A stretch of DNA of 64,000 nucleotides from Candidatus Doudnabacteria bacterium (GTDB lineage: Bacteria > Patescibacteriota > Doudnabacteria > UBA920 > O2-02-FULL-48-8), in NCBI GenBank assembly GCA_025450105.1, contig JANWIA010000022.1, forward strand, positions 5,630 through 69,629. Direction: 5' to 3'. The position numbers and the translations under genes were made by a program. The notes under the pieces are model-generated. The model did no database searches. It was not told the DNA's origin and saw nothing but the letters and a program-made list of their open reading frames with translations. Below are positions 39,712 to 49,132 of the stretch, in pieces (the stretch's first letter is position 1; every line of letters starts with the position of its first letter).

Positions 39712-40289
39712 TGCACACCGATGCCGGCCATAAAAATGTTTTAGGATTTTGGATCTATTTAATGACCGATCTTTTGATGTTCGCGGTTTTGTTTGCAACC
39801 TACGCCGTGTTGCGCACTAGCACGTTTGGCGGCCCGACCGAAAATGAATTGTTCAGCCTGCCCTTTGTTTTGATCGAAACCATGATCCTTCTAACCAGTA
39901 GTTTTACTGTCGGCGTGGCAATCCTAAACGTTGATCGCGAAAAAAATGCCATAAGGCACGTTGCAACTTGGCTCATCATTACTTTCGTGCTTGGTGTTTC
40001 GTTCTTGGCCATGGAACTCGACGAATTCGGAAAACTTATTGCCGACGGCCACAACTGGCAATCGAGCGCTTTCTTGTCGTCATTCTTTTCCTTGGTTGGC
40101 ACCCATGGCTTGCACATTGCCAGCGGTTTGCTCTGGATCCTGATCATGCTGGTTAAAATGTGGCAGCGCGGAGAAATCAACCACAACACCGCCCGGCAAA
40201 TTACTTTACTAAGCTTATTCTGGCACTTCCTGGATGTCGTTTGGATCTTCATTTTTAGTTTTGTTTATCTAATGGGAGTAGGCTTATGA
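39708..40289 (+). CDS. cyoC: cytochrome bo3 subunit III
   Basis: GFWIYLMTD, SAFLSSFFSLVGTHGLH, FWHFLDVVW. Confidence 0.95.
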   Translation: MMHTDAGHKNVLGFWIYLMTDLLMFAVLFATYAVLRTSTFGGPTENELFSLPFVLIETMILLTSSFTVGVAILNVDREKNAIRHVATWLIITFVLGVSFLAMELDEFGKLIADGHNWQSSAFLSSFFSLVGTHGLHIASGLLWILIMLVKMWQRGEINHNTARQITLLSLFWHFLDVVWIFIFSFVYLMGVGL

Positions 40290-40630
40290 ACCACGCCAAA
40301 TTAAAATCCTATATTTTTGGATTCCTATCTTCAGTCATCCTTACCTTGCTAGCCTATTCTTTGGTCAATTTAAACTTGGCCAGTGGGCCGCAATTGACGA
40401 TTGGCATTATGAGCCTGGCCTTTATTCAAGCGTTAGTCCAGTTAGTTTTCTTTTTGCATCTGGGCCGCGAGCAGAGTCCAAAATGGAATCTGGCCGTATT
40501 CCTTTCCACCGCGTCCATGATTTTTTTGGTCATTTTTGCCTCGATTTGGATTATGAACAGTTTAAATTACCGCCACGCCCATCCGGATGACGTCACAAAT
40601 TATATTCTGGAACAAGAAGGAATCCATTAA
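40286..40630 (+). CDS. cyoD: cytochrome bo3 subunit IV
   Basis: GFLSSVILT, QALVQLVFFLH, SIWIMNSLN. Confidence 0.95.
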   Translation: MNHAKLKSYIFGFLSSVILTLLAYSLVNLNLASGPQLTIGIMSLAFIQALVQLVFFLHLGREQSPKWNLAVFLSTASMIFLVIFASIWIMNSLNYRHAHPDDVTNYILEQEGIH

Positions 40631-41484
40631 TGGTCCGCGTCTACTATAATTTGGCCAAGCCTGGTCTTGTTTACGGCAACTGCCTCACCGGCATGGCCGG
40701 TTTTTTATTAGCCTCTCAGGCTCATGTCAATTTTCTGCTCTTGCTCGAAACCATTGCAGGACTTGGATTGGTCATGGCTTCGGCCTGTGTCCTCAATAAT
40801 GTTTATGACGCGGATATTGATTCCAAAATGGAGCGAACCAAAACCCGGGCCACGGTCACCGGTGAAATTTCCAAATTCAACGCATCGATTTACGGAATTT
40901 TGCTCGGCCTTGCCGGCTACTCATTACTTTATTTCTATACCAATCTTTTGACGGTTGGCGTTGCCGCAGTCGGGACCATTGTTTACCTGCTATTTTACTC
41001 TCCGTTCAAACGCCGTTCGACAATGGCCACGATTGTCGGTGGCCTTTCCGGCGCCACCCCGCCGGTAATCGGGTACTGTGCCGTTACTAATAATTTTGAT
41101 TTAGGTGCGCTGCTACTTTTCCTCATTTTATTTTTCTGGCAACTGCCGCACTTTTATGCTATCTCCATTTACCGGCTTGGTGATTATACCGCTGCGGCCG
41201 TGCCCGTCATGTCTGTAAAAAAAGGAATTCGAGTTACCAAATTTAATATTCTTGTTTGTGTGATTGGATTTATTGCCTCTACTATATCGCTCAAACTCTA
41301 CGGTTACATTGGTCTGGTTTCAATAATCATTGTAGGGATTGTCAGTTTGAATTGGCTCCGTCTTGCCTTAAAGGGTTTCAGCGCAGAAAATGATGTAAAG
41401 TGGGCAAGGAAAATGTTTTTCTTTTCCTTGATTGTCCTGCTAACTCTTTCGGCCATGCTTTCTCTAGACGCGCTACTGATTTAA
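40630..41484 (+). CDS. cyoE: protoheme IX farnesyltransferase
   Basis: LAKPG, NNVYDADIDSKMERT..R, WQLPHF. Confidence 0.95.
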   Translation: MVRVYYNLAKPGLVYGNCLTGMAGFLLASQAHVNFLLLLETIAGLGLVMASACVLNNVYDADIDSKMERTKTRATVTGEISKFNASIYGILLGLAGYSLLYFYTNLLTVGVAAVGTIVYLLFYSPFKRRSTMATIVGGLSGATPPVIGYCAVTNNFDLGALLLFLILFFWQLPHFYAISIYRLGDYTAAAVPVMSVKKGIRVTKFNILVCVIGFIASTISLKLYGYIGLVSIIIVGIVSLNWLRLALKGFSAENDVKWARKMFFFSLIVLLTLSAMLSLDALLI

Positions 41485-41502
41485 TGATGGTATAATATTT
41501 AT

Positions 41503-41751
41503 ATGTTACTAACTATCCACATCATCACTGCCACAATCAATTTGATCCTTGCTGGGGTTTTGTACTTTAGGCCATCGGAATCAAAGCTATACACGACCTA
41601 TTTCATGACTGCGGCCATGTTAGCCACAGGCACTGCCCTGGTTTTTGCCAAACCTGTCCACATCACCCAAACCTGCCTTACCGGCCTGGCTTACTTAAGC
41701 CTGATCACTTATAATGTTGTTTCCGCCAGAAAACGAATGGCTCAACAATAA
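41503..41751 (+). CDS. small membrane protein
   Basis: 82 aa, about 3 hydrophobic segments; GGTATAAT -10 box directly upstream. Confidence 0.7.
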   Translation: MLLTIHIITATINLILAGVLYFRPSESKLYTTYFMTAAMLATGTALVFAKPVHITQTCLTGLAYLSLITYNVVSARKRMAQQ

Positions 41752-41873
41752 TAATCAAGAAACAAATCCCAAAGGACAAATAAGCTCCAACCTTCAATAC
41801 CCAATCTCTAATTGGGTATTTTATATTGATAATTGAGTATTATTTGAGATTTGATTATTGTTTTTTGGTGATT
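41752..41873. repeat. degenerate 7-bp-period repeats in inverted arrangement
   Basis: AATCAAG AAACAAA TCCCAAA ... AATACCCAAT/ATTGGGTATT ... TTGAGAT TTGATTA TTGTTTT. Confidence 0.6.
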
Positions 41874-41947
41874 ATTTATCCACAGCACTTTTTCTTGACG
41901 ATTAAATAAGAATTTAATATCTTAATTTCTTATTTAAAAATAAACCA

Positions 41948-42691
41948 ATGTGGTACGCCAACGATAATTACTCAAAAGAAGAACAACTAATTTTAATGGA
42001 ATTGGAATACGATTTGTTTCGCTGCAACCCTGGTCTTCGGGCCATGTGGCAGGATAATTTTCAGGAATATTTCCGTGGCACACTCAACGAGGAATATTGG
42101 AAGTACCGCGAGCGGGCGTGGTTGAGCAAACAAAAACTAAAAGGAAAACGTTTTGGTTTTAAAGATTATGAATGCGCCCATGCTATCGAAGAAATTATCC
42201 AATTGTCTACGCCCGATTCCGAAAACTTGGATTCTGTAACAGATGATCCTGATTTTGAGAAAAAAATAAAAGCCGTTTTCAAGAAAACGGACAGTAAACT
42301 TTTACGTTGGGCCAGGGGTTGGGCCGATTCCCTCATTCCTAAATTAGAAGTCCTCTACCAGGAATCAAACAACATCAATTGCTTTCGAATTTTAGTGAAC
42401 GCACCCTATATCCCGTCGAAAATTGTTTTTGCTTCCGTAGAAAATTACCGTGACTCAAAATTCGAATGCGATTTGCAATGGCGGACGGATAAAATTGGCT
42501 ACAGCCTGGCACTCGCCTCCTTGCGTCGTTGCTTGGAATCTTTGCAGGTATTACATTCGCATCCTAAGACCGAATGCAAATTAAATTACAAAGAATTACT
42601 GGTTAAGGGCTCGCATCTCGAAAATCTTATCCATGATGAGCTATCAAAAATAATTTTGGCTGTGCTGACACATAATCAATTAAAAGATTAG
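41948..42691 (+). CDS. hypothetical helical protein
   Basis: 247-aa ORF in core-like codon style; stop overlaps a REP. Confidence 0.75.
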   Translation: MWYANDNYSKEEQLILMELEYDLFRCNPGLRAMWQDNFQEYFRGTLNEEYWKYRERAWLSKQKLKGKRFGFKDYECAHAIEEIIQLSTPDSENLDSVTDDPDFEKKIKAVFKKTDSKLLRWARGWADSLIPKLEVLYQESNNINCFRILVNAPYIPSKIVFASVENYRDSKFECDLQWRTDKIGYSLALASLRRCLESLQVLHSHPKTECKLNYKELLVKGSHLENLIHDELSKIILAVLTHNQLKD

Positions 42692-42767
42692 ATCCCGACA
42701 TTCGTCAAGAATGGAGTAAGTAAACATCCCGAACTTGTCCCATCAGACGGGTCAAGTTCTTGTATCT
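42690..42767. repeat. REP-like doublet with degenerate nested 15-bp insertion (42738-42752)
   Basis: CATCCCGAA-CTTG-[TCCCATCAGACGGGT]-CAAG-TTC. Confidence 0.75.
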
Positions 42768-43401
42768 ATTTCATCGGCACTGCAACTGGTTGTTCGGCCG
42801 GAGTTTTAAAAACAATATATTTATAGCCAAGAAAATCAATAAGCACGCCGACGATTGTGGCAATTAATTTGCCAATGTTTAACCACGCGCCCGGATTGAT
42901 TCCAAACATCGGACTCAAGTAACTGGTGAAAGCAACAATTATAACGCTGTTAGCAATTAAGCCAATAATGGTGACTAGCGCAAACTTTGGCACATCCTTA
43001 AATAAATGTCCCTGGTCTTCGGCTTTCTTAAACACCCAAAGCTTATTCCAAAAATAACTATTACTCGCTGCCAAGAATGTGCCTGGAACATTGTATCCGC
43101 CAACCAATAGTCCGGCGGTAACGCCTGTGATCAAACTGGCCATGTTCAGGACGCCAAAATTTATGGCAGTGTTAAGCACACCAATTTCAGCGAACTTGGC
43201 GATCTGTAAAATAACCGGCACCATCTTGGCGATTTCCTTGGCAACCTTCAAGCCAACAATCCAACAAAACGCCAACACAACCGGCAGTCCTGCCAGAATG
43301 GCAACGTGGTCATAACCGATGTTAATGATGGTCGGGATCAAGAAAATACCAGAAAGCAACCCGGCAATTGCAGCTAATCCATAATCCTTAGAAGTAATCA
43401 T
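42766..43401 (-). CDS. GtrA family membrane protein
   Basis: QIAKFAEIGVLNTAINF, NSYFWNKLWVF, KYIVF. Confidence 0.85.
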   Translation of the reverse strand: MITSKDYGLAAIAGLLSGIFLIPTIINIGYDHVAILAGLPVVLAFCWIVGLKVAKEIAKMVPVILQIAKFAEIGVLNTAINFGVLNMASLITGVTAGLLVGGYNVPGTFLAASNSYFWNKLWVFKKAEDQGHLFKDVPKFALVTIIGLIANSVIIVAFTSYLSPMFGINPGAWLNIGKLIATIVGVLIDFLGYKYIVFKTPAEQPVAVPMK

Positions 43402-43447
43402 TTTGTTTCGTTAATTTGAGGCTTTTTTATATTATACCCAAAAATAA

Positions 43448-46400
43448 CTAAACCTTTAAGTCCTGGCTGACCCAGCCGTTGCCTGTGGTAAGTTCTTTTT
43501 GAAGGTGGCGAGGTTGTGGCACATCCCCGGATGTAGATGCATGCAGGTAGTACTTCCCTTTTGGAACCATCATAAAATATCGGCCGCGGAAATCCGACAC
43601 CGCAAAGGTCACGCGGTTGTTGGCGAGATCAGTCAAATAGATTGGGGCCAGGGCCATTGGCAAACCGGTGGCGCTGTTTCTGATGATGCCAAACGGTTTT
43701 GGCCGGATCTTAAGCAGGCGAGCAATGGCAATGAACACAAACAGGACGATCAATCCAAAACTGATGACATCCGGCTGGGCAATATAGCCGGCGACCGTAA
43801 GCGGAAACGCGGCCCAAAATGAGAAATTCGAAAAAGTGATCAAGGCTTTCCTAAACAAAGCCCGGGGCGAAGTTCTGGTTTTGGCAATTGGATCCATCGG
43901 TAAATCTAAATTGGAGCTTTGCTGTGGATTGACCGTAATCATGCCGCCCAAATATATGTCCCCGAATGGCATGTTGGCCATATCGGCAAAAGTTTTTTGG
44001 GTTGGGAATTTATATTTTGGGTGCTCGGCAAAAAATTGAATTTTCTGCTCCGATCCGGCCAGGCCTCGCGGCGAAATCAAAAATGCATACCGCCCATCCG
44101 GGCCGGCAATGGTTGATTCCAAAATTTTTAATCTTTCATTTAAGACATTAACATGGGCATGTGGAATCGGCTGCAAAGTTTTGGAATCAAAAACCACGCC
44201 CCAAGGGTTTCGTTTACGGCGCAACCCCAGCGCTTCCATCAAAGCCAAAATCCAATACTTAAAATAATTAACGCTGTTCAAACCGCTAAGCAAATCAATC
44301 AAAGCAGAACCGGTGGTAATCAACGGCGTGATCAAAAGCAAAAACGTTATAAACCTCAAACTCATCGTCCCACCCGGTACCATCTCCAAAATTTCCTGGG
44401 TCGATTCCTGGACTTGGTCCGGGACAAAACCTTGGGTGAAATCAAACGCCCCGCCAGAACCTTCATCATCTGTATCAACACTGCCCCCGCCATTTGGTCG
44501 GTCGATAGGCGGAGGTGGCGGAGTAATACTTGGCGTTTCCGGATCAGATGGTCCTGGAGGAGTCACCGGTGGCGGTGGCGGCGGATCTGGTAATGGTTCG
44601 TTGGTTTCGGTATCGAATCGTGATGGGCCGCCGGAAGAAGAGTTGTCCAACAAGACAGCCTGTTCCTCGTCAGTGTCATTTGCATAAACAAAAACGGTAT
44701 AAGTCCCTTCAACTGCTCCCGGCGGAATCACAACGGAAAATCCATGATCATCCGGATATCCAGTTACGTCATTAACATCCGGTCTTGGGTCATCGGCGAC
44801 AATAACAATCGGATCAGAGTCAGGAGAAGTCGGGTCTTCAAAATAAATTTCAATCGTTACCGGTGCATCCGGATCGTTTGGATCCACGGCCCAACCAGTG
44901 ATGACCGTGCCGCCATTTGTGCCATTCTCGTCAACGTGACCAATCGGATCGTCATTGCCTGGAGGGATAATTACTGGATCGTGGTCACAAATTACTGGCG
45001 GGGAAACATATAGGCTGTTGATGAACGCCCGGGTTGGCGTGACCAAATTACCGCTTTTGCCATTATTACCGATTAGATCAGCGTAGGCAGTTTGGAAACG
45101 GCGGACTGCATCACGGGTGTTGTCGCCGTAATACTCAACCTCGTGGCCCGGTGAACCAGCGCCACTTAGCGCGACCATGAATCCGTTATCGTTCAAAAAC
45201 CTCTGCAAATATACAACCTGCGGATGTGTTTGCCGATGCGAAATGTTTTCGGAAAATGAAATTTCCGGCGGACGCAACTGTATCGGCGGATACGACACAC
45301 AATCCGGTTCTGCAGGTGGAGGCGGCGGGATCACAACCGGCGGCGGCGGAGGTGGTGGTGGAGTTTCCGCTGCGGTCAGGACAATTGTATCCGACACAAC
45401 TTGCGACGAAGAATTTATATTTTTATAAAAACGAACATAGACAGTATAAGTTCCCGGCTCACAGGTAGATGTGAACTCACAAATGTCCCAGGATATAGTT
45501 TCCTCATAATCCATTTGCTCGTATGGTGACAACAATGAATGATCTGAGATCCTGATGTAGTTGGCATCCGGTCCGCCGGACAAAGTTAAAGTTACATTCC
45601 TGGAATTGGTTGTTGTGTCGCCAGAATTTATCGTCACCCTAAAGCCACCGTTAGGCTCCTGCATACCATTATTATTGTTTCCTCCCCCGCCCCCGTCTGC
45701 TGCGGCAGAAGTTGTGGCGGAATCAGTAACCGCTGAAGTTTCTGTTCCGTCGCCATTGCGGGCTTTCACGGAAAAATTATAAAGCGTGGATGGTGACAAC
45801 GAAGTAGACATCCACGATACACCGTCCGCGACCCAACCCGAATCTGTTGATGCTGTTGTGTTAGCGGCAAAAAATGCCGTACCGGCCGGGTTACTGTTGA
45901 CGTTCCAAGTTGCCGTAATTTGAGAGGATGAATCAACAGTTAATATTAAGGCGCTTGGCGGATTGGCCAAAGTATATGCGCTGCTATTGGCAGAGTTGGC
46001 AGTATTGCCTGCTAAATCTGTGACTGTTACAAAGAAAGTGTACTGGACATTAACGCTTAATCCATTGCTGGCCCACGACGTACCGGCTTGCGCTCCAGAA
46101 CTGGTCGCCGCGGTGGAGTTTTGAATATTATATGGTGCTGCTGCCAAACCAGATAAAGCATCCGAAGCACCGGCAACCGTTGCGGTTATCGATGATGTTG
46201 TAATTGTCCCTGTAGAAACTGTTCCTGCAGTTGGTGCGGCAGTATCAACCTTAAAGGCAATCGCGCCGCTATTGGCGGTCGAATAAGAAGATTCGGCAGC
46301 CGAATTATCAATGGCTTTTACTTGCCAATAGTAGCCGGAGCTGTCGGCCAAGGTTTGCCCGCCTGATCCTGTAGTATACGATCCACCGCCAGCCGCTTGG

Positions 46401-48985
46401 CCAACAGTAAACGAAAAACTTCCCTGCGCCGCCACGGCAGAAGTATAATCAACCACGACTGACGAAAAATCACTCGTGTCGTCGATTTGAATCCTAAAGC
46501 CGACAGTATCCGAACCATCTGGATCACTTAAACTGAAAGTCAGAGTTGGAGTGTTGTCATTCCCCCATGATCCATTGACGTATGAAGCAGGACCCAAAGA
46601 TCCCGGCGCGTCCGGATTAGTGTTACAACCGATAAAGGTCCAAGCGTTATTGGAAGTGTTAGTCGAACTTTTGGCAGTGATGGTGCCAGCCTGGTCTGTG
46701 GCTGCCACGTCTGTGATGGTTGTGGTCCCGGATCCGGACCAGGTGCGCTGCGTTGGGCTGGAAGAAGATGAAATTGCAATCGCATCGGCGCCGCCGCAAC
46801 CAACGCCGGAACCGTCCAAAGTAATTGTGCCGGAATTGCCGACGTCGCCAGCCAAAGAAATATCCCCCGTCCCGGTATTGCTCCAGGTGCCGCTCGATCC
46901 AATTGTGGTCGCACCTCCAGTGGTCAAATTAAAAGTTGCGCCCTGGTCAAAAGTTCCGGATGCGACTTCAAATGTCCCGCCCAAAACCAAAGCTGTGGCC
47001 TGCGTTAAACTGCTGCCCACGGTTTTATTGACCTTGAGCTTGGCCGAAAATGTTCCGGCCGTTTGGGTGATGGTCTTGTTGCTGCCGCCGGTAAATTCAA
47101 ATGTTAAATTGGACCCGCCCATGGTATTGGTTGAAGCCATGGAAAAATTTCCACCGATAAACCATGTCTTGGCTGAACCAGGGTTAGTGACCGTTCCCAA
47201 AGTTCTGGTGAAATCTCCGGTCACAGTGCAGTCAGCGGCCAAGCCAAGCTCTCCGGCCAAGTTGGTTTTGTTCAATACGACCGAACCCAGTGTGGCTGTA
47301 CCGCAAGTCAATGATGTATCTTCTGTGACTCCATCAAACGTAAAGGCAATTCCATTTGGCAGCAGGTTGCCAGTGTTATCCAGGTTGTTGCGAACACTCA
47401 TAGTAGTAATCCCGGCCGGGAACGACCCGCCGGACAATGTCATGCTTCCATTCATGTCTATTGTCGTGCCGGACATTGTCACAACCGATCCGGTGTTCAT
47501 TGTATAATTCGCATTTATGGTCCAGGTTCCAGTACCGACAGTTATGGTGCCATTGTTGGTAATGCTGGTCGAGCTAGACGTTGGACTGTTCCCAAGCGGC
47601 AAAGTACAGGTCGAACCGATGGTTAATCCCGTAGATGATAAAGACTGGCTAATTGCAGCAGATGCAAAAGTAACCGTACCGCAAGACAACGTACTCGATG
47701 TGCCAGCGCCAGCATCCAGGGTTAATGCAATTCCGTTCGGTAAAAGATTTGCGGTGTTTGTTAGACTCCCGGTTAAACTTAATGTTGCCAGTCCGGCCGG
47801 AAACACCCCGTCAGTTAAAGTCAGGCTACCATTTACATCCATGACTGTTCCACCCATGGTTAAGGTCGATCCGGTATTTTGGGTATAGCTCGCGTTTACT
47901 GTCCAAGTGCCAGTGCCGACGTTGATTGTGCCGTTATTTACAATTGAAAGCGAACTCGATGTCGGGCTGTTTCCAAGTGGCAAAGTACAGTTCGAACCAA
48001 CTGTTAATCCAGTCGCAGACAAACTTTGGCTGATGACCACTGATGCAAAGGTTGCGGTGCCGCAAGAAAGCGTGCTGGTTGCACCTGCGCCACTGTCGAT
48101 GGTCAGAGCAATGTCGTTTGGCAAAAGATTGGCCGTGTTAGTCAAGCTTCCAGTCAGGGTCATTGTCGTGATTCCGGCTGGGAATGATCCGCCGGATAAG
48201 GTCAAACTACCGTTCATATCCAAAGTTGTGCCGCCCATGGTCAAGGTCGATCCACCATTTTGCGTGTAACCCCCGGTAATTGTAAAAGTTCCAGTGCCGA
48301 CGTTGATAGTTCCATTGTTGGTAATAAACCCTTGAGCCGTGGCGCTGTTTCCGAGTGGCAGAGTACAAGCCGAACCGATAGTCGTGGTCGCAACTGTTAG
48401 TGATCCGGTGATGGTCACGGCATTAAACGTCGCGCTATTACAGGCTATGGATTGGTTAACGCCATTGCCGGTATCAAAAAGGACAGTTCCACCATTTGCA
48501 TTGAAGGTTGGACTGCCGCTGATTGTAAAATTATTGTTGATGGAAAAAGTTCCTGAGGTTGAAGTAAAAATTCCACCCGTAAGACTGAAGGTTCCATTAA
48601 GGTCGATGGTTTGTGTAGCGCCGGTAAACGTTCCTGTTGATTGTGAGTAACCAGAAGAACCAATCGTCAAGCTCCGCGCCTGTGTAATTGTCCCGCTATA
48701 ACCAGTACTTATTGTTAATCCGCCGACCGAACCAGCAAACGACCCATCGATGCTGGCATTTGTTGTGGATGTGCTATCAAAAAATGCAATGTCTGAACCA
48801 GTGGGACAAGTATCCGCGCTCCAATTAGCACAAGTACTCCACAGGCCGTCAGTACTGTCGTTGTCCCATGTTCTTGTTGCTGCCCGCGCAGGCCGATCTA
48901 TAATCAAAACGATCACGACCAAAAGAAAAAGCGCTACAGCTAGCGTAATTTTTTTAAAAATTGCTTTTGAGTGGGCTGCTTTCAC
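43448..48985 (-). CDS. giant cell-surface protein: beta-helix repeats, FN3/Ig domains, PG-binding domain, Pro-rich linkers, C-terminal TM and carboxypeptidase-regulatory-like domains
   Basis: Signal peptide; T/G/S-rich repeats; LSPSTLYNFSVKARN (FN3); VVYLQRFLN...YYGDNTRDAVRRFQ (PG-binding); WGVVFDSKT.QP. Confidence 0.85.
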   Translation of the reverse strand: MKAAHSKAIFKKITLAVALFLLVVIVLIIDRPARAATRTWDNDSTDGLWSTCANWSADTCPTGSDIAFFDSTSTTNASIDGSFAGSVGGLTISTGYSGTITQARSLTIGSSGYSQSTGTFTGATQTIDLNGTFSLTGGIFTSTSGTFSINNNFTISGSPTFNANGGTVLFDTGNGVNQSIACNSATFNAVTITGSLTVATTTIGSACTLPLGNSATAQGFITNNGTINVGTGTFTITGGYTQNGGSTLTMGGTTLDMNGSLTLSGGSFPAGITTMTLTGSLTNTANLLPNDIALTIDSGAGATSTLSCGTATFASVVISQSLSATGLTVGSNCTLPLGNSPTSSSLSIVNNGTINVGTGTWTVNASYTQNTGSTLTMGGTVMDVNGSLTLTDGVFPAGLATLSLTGSLTNTANLLPNGIALTLDAGAGTSSTLSCGTVTFASAAISQSLSSTGLTIGSTCTLPLGNSPTSSSTSITNNGTITVGTGTWTINANYTMNTGSVVTMSGTTIDMNGSMTLSGGSFPAGITTMSVRNNLDNTGNLLPNGIAFTFDGVTEDTSLTCGTATLGSVVLNKTNLAGELGLAADCTVTGDFTRTLGTVTNPGSAKTWFIGGNFSMASTNTMGGSNLTFEFTGGSNKTITQTAGTFSAKLKVNKTVGSSLTQATALVLGGTFEVASGTFDQGATFNLTTGGATTIGSSGTWSNTGTGDISLAGDVGNSGTITLDGSGVGCGGADAIAISSSSSPTQRTWSGSGTTTITDVAATDQAGTITAKSSTNTSNNAWTFIGCNTNPDAPGSLGPASYVNGSWGNDNTPTLTFSLSDPDGSDTVGFRIQIDDTSDFSSVVVDYTSAVAAQGSFSFTVGQAAGGGSYTTGSGGQTLADSSGYYWQVKAIDNSAAESSYSTANSGAIAFKVDTAAPTAGTVSTGTITTSSITATVAGASDALSGLAAAPYNIQNSTAATSSGAQAGTSWASNGLSVNVQYTFFVTVTDLAGNTANSANSSAYTLANPPSALILTVDSSSQITATWNVNSNPAGTAFFAANTTASTDSGWVADGVSWMSTSLSPSTLYNFSVKARNGDGTETSAVTDSATTSAAADGGGGGNNNNGMQEPNGGFRVTINSGDTTTNSRNVTLTLSGGPDANYIRISDHSLLSPYEQMDYEETISWDICEFTSTCEPGTYTVYVRFYKNINSSSQVVSDTIVLTAAETPPPPPPPPVVIPPPPPAEPDCVSYPPIQLRPPEISFSENISHRQTHPQVVYLQRFLNDNGFMVALSGAGSPGHEVEYYGDNTRDAVRRFQTAYADLIGNNGKSGNLVTPTRAFINSLYVSPPVICDHDPVIIPPGNDDPIGHVDENGTNGGTVITGWAVDPNDPDAPVTIEIYFEDPTSPDSDPIVIVADDPRPDVNDVTGYPDDHGFSVVIPPGAVEGTYTVFVYANDTDEEQAVLLDNSSSGGPSRFDTETNEPLPDPPPPPPVTPPGPSDPETPSITPPPPPIDRPNGGGSVDTDDEGSGGAFDFTQGFVPDQVQESTQEILEMVPGGTMSLRFITFLLLITPLITTGSALIDLLSGLNSVNYFKYWILALMEALGLRRKRNPWGVVFDSKTLQPIPHAHVNVLNERLKILESTIAGPDGRYAFLISPRGLAGSEQKIQFFAEHPKYKFPTQKTFADMANMPFGDIYLGGMITVNPQQSSNLDLPMDPIAKTRTSPRALFRKALITFSNFSFWAAFPLTVAGYIAQPDVISFGLIVLFVFIAIARLLKIRPKPFGIIRNSATGLPMALAPIYLTDLANNRVTFAVSDFRGRYFMMVPKGKYYLHASTSGDVPQPRHLQKELTTGNGWVSQDLKV
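47260..48460 (-). repeat. intragenic tandem repeats, about 3 copies of 378-381 bp
   Basis: CTLPLGNS motif recurs at 48367, 47989 and 47608; outer boundaries approximate. Confidence 0.85.
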
Positions 48986-49132
48986 AAAAAACTTATCCTA
49001 GCTTTGTAATTTTATCCCTCAATAATTTTATTTCAATAATTTTTAATAATTTTATAGTAAAACTATACCATATTTCGAGAGTTTTTTCAATTTCTCTCAA
49101 AAATAAAAAACACTCCCGCTTGGGAGTATTTT

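Noticed and set aside
46551-48650. Long plus-strand ORFs such as 46551-47507
   Set aside because: Antisense shadows of the T/G/S-rich surface protein gene
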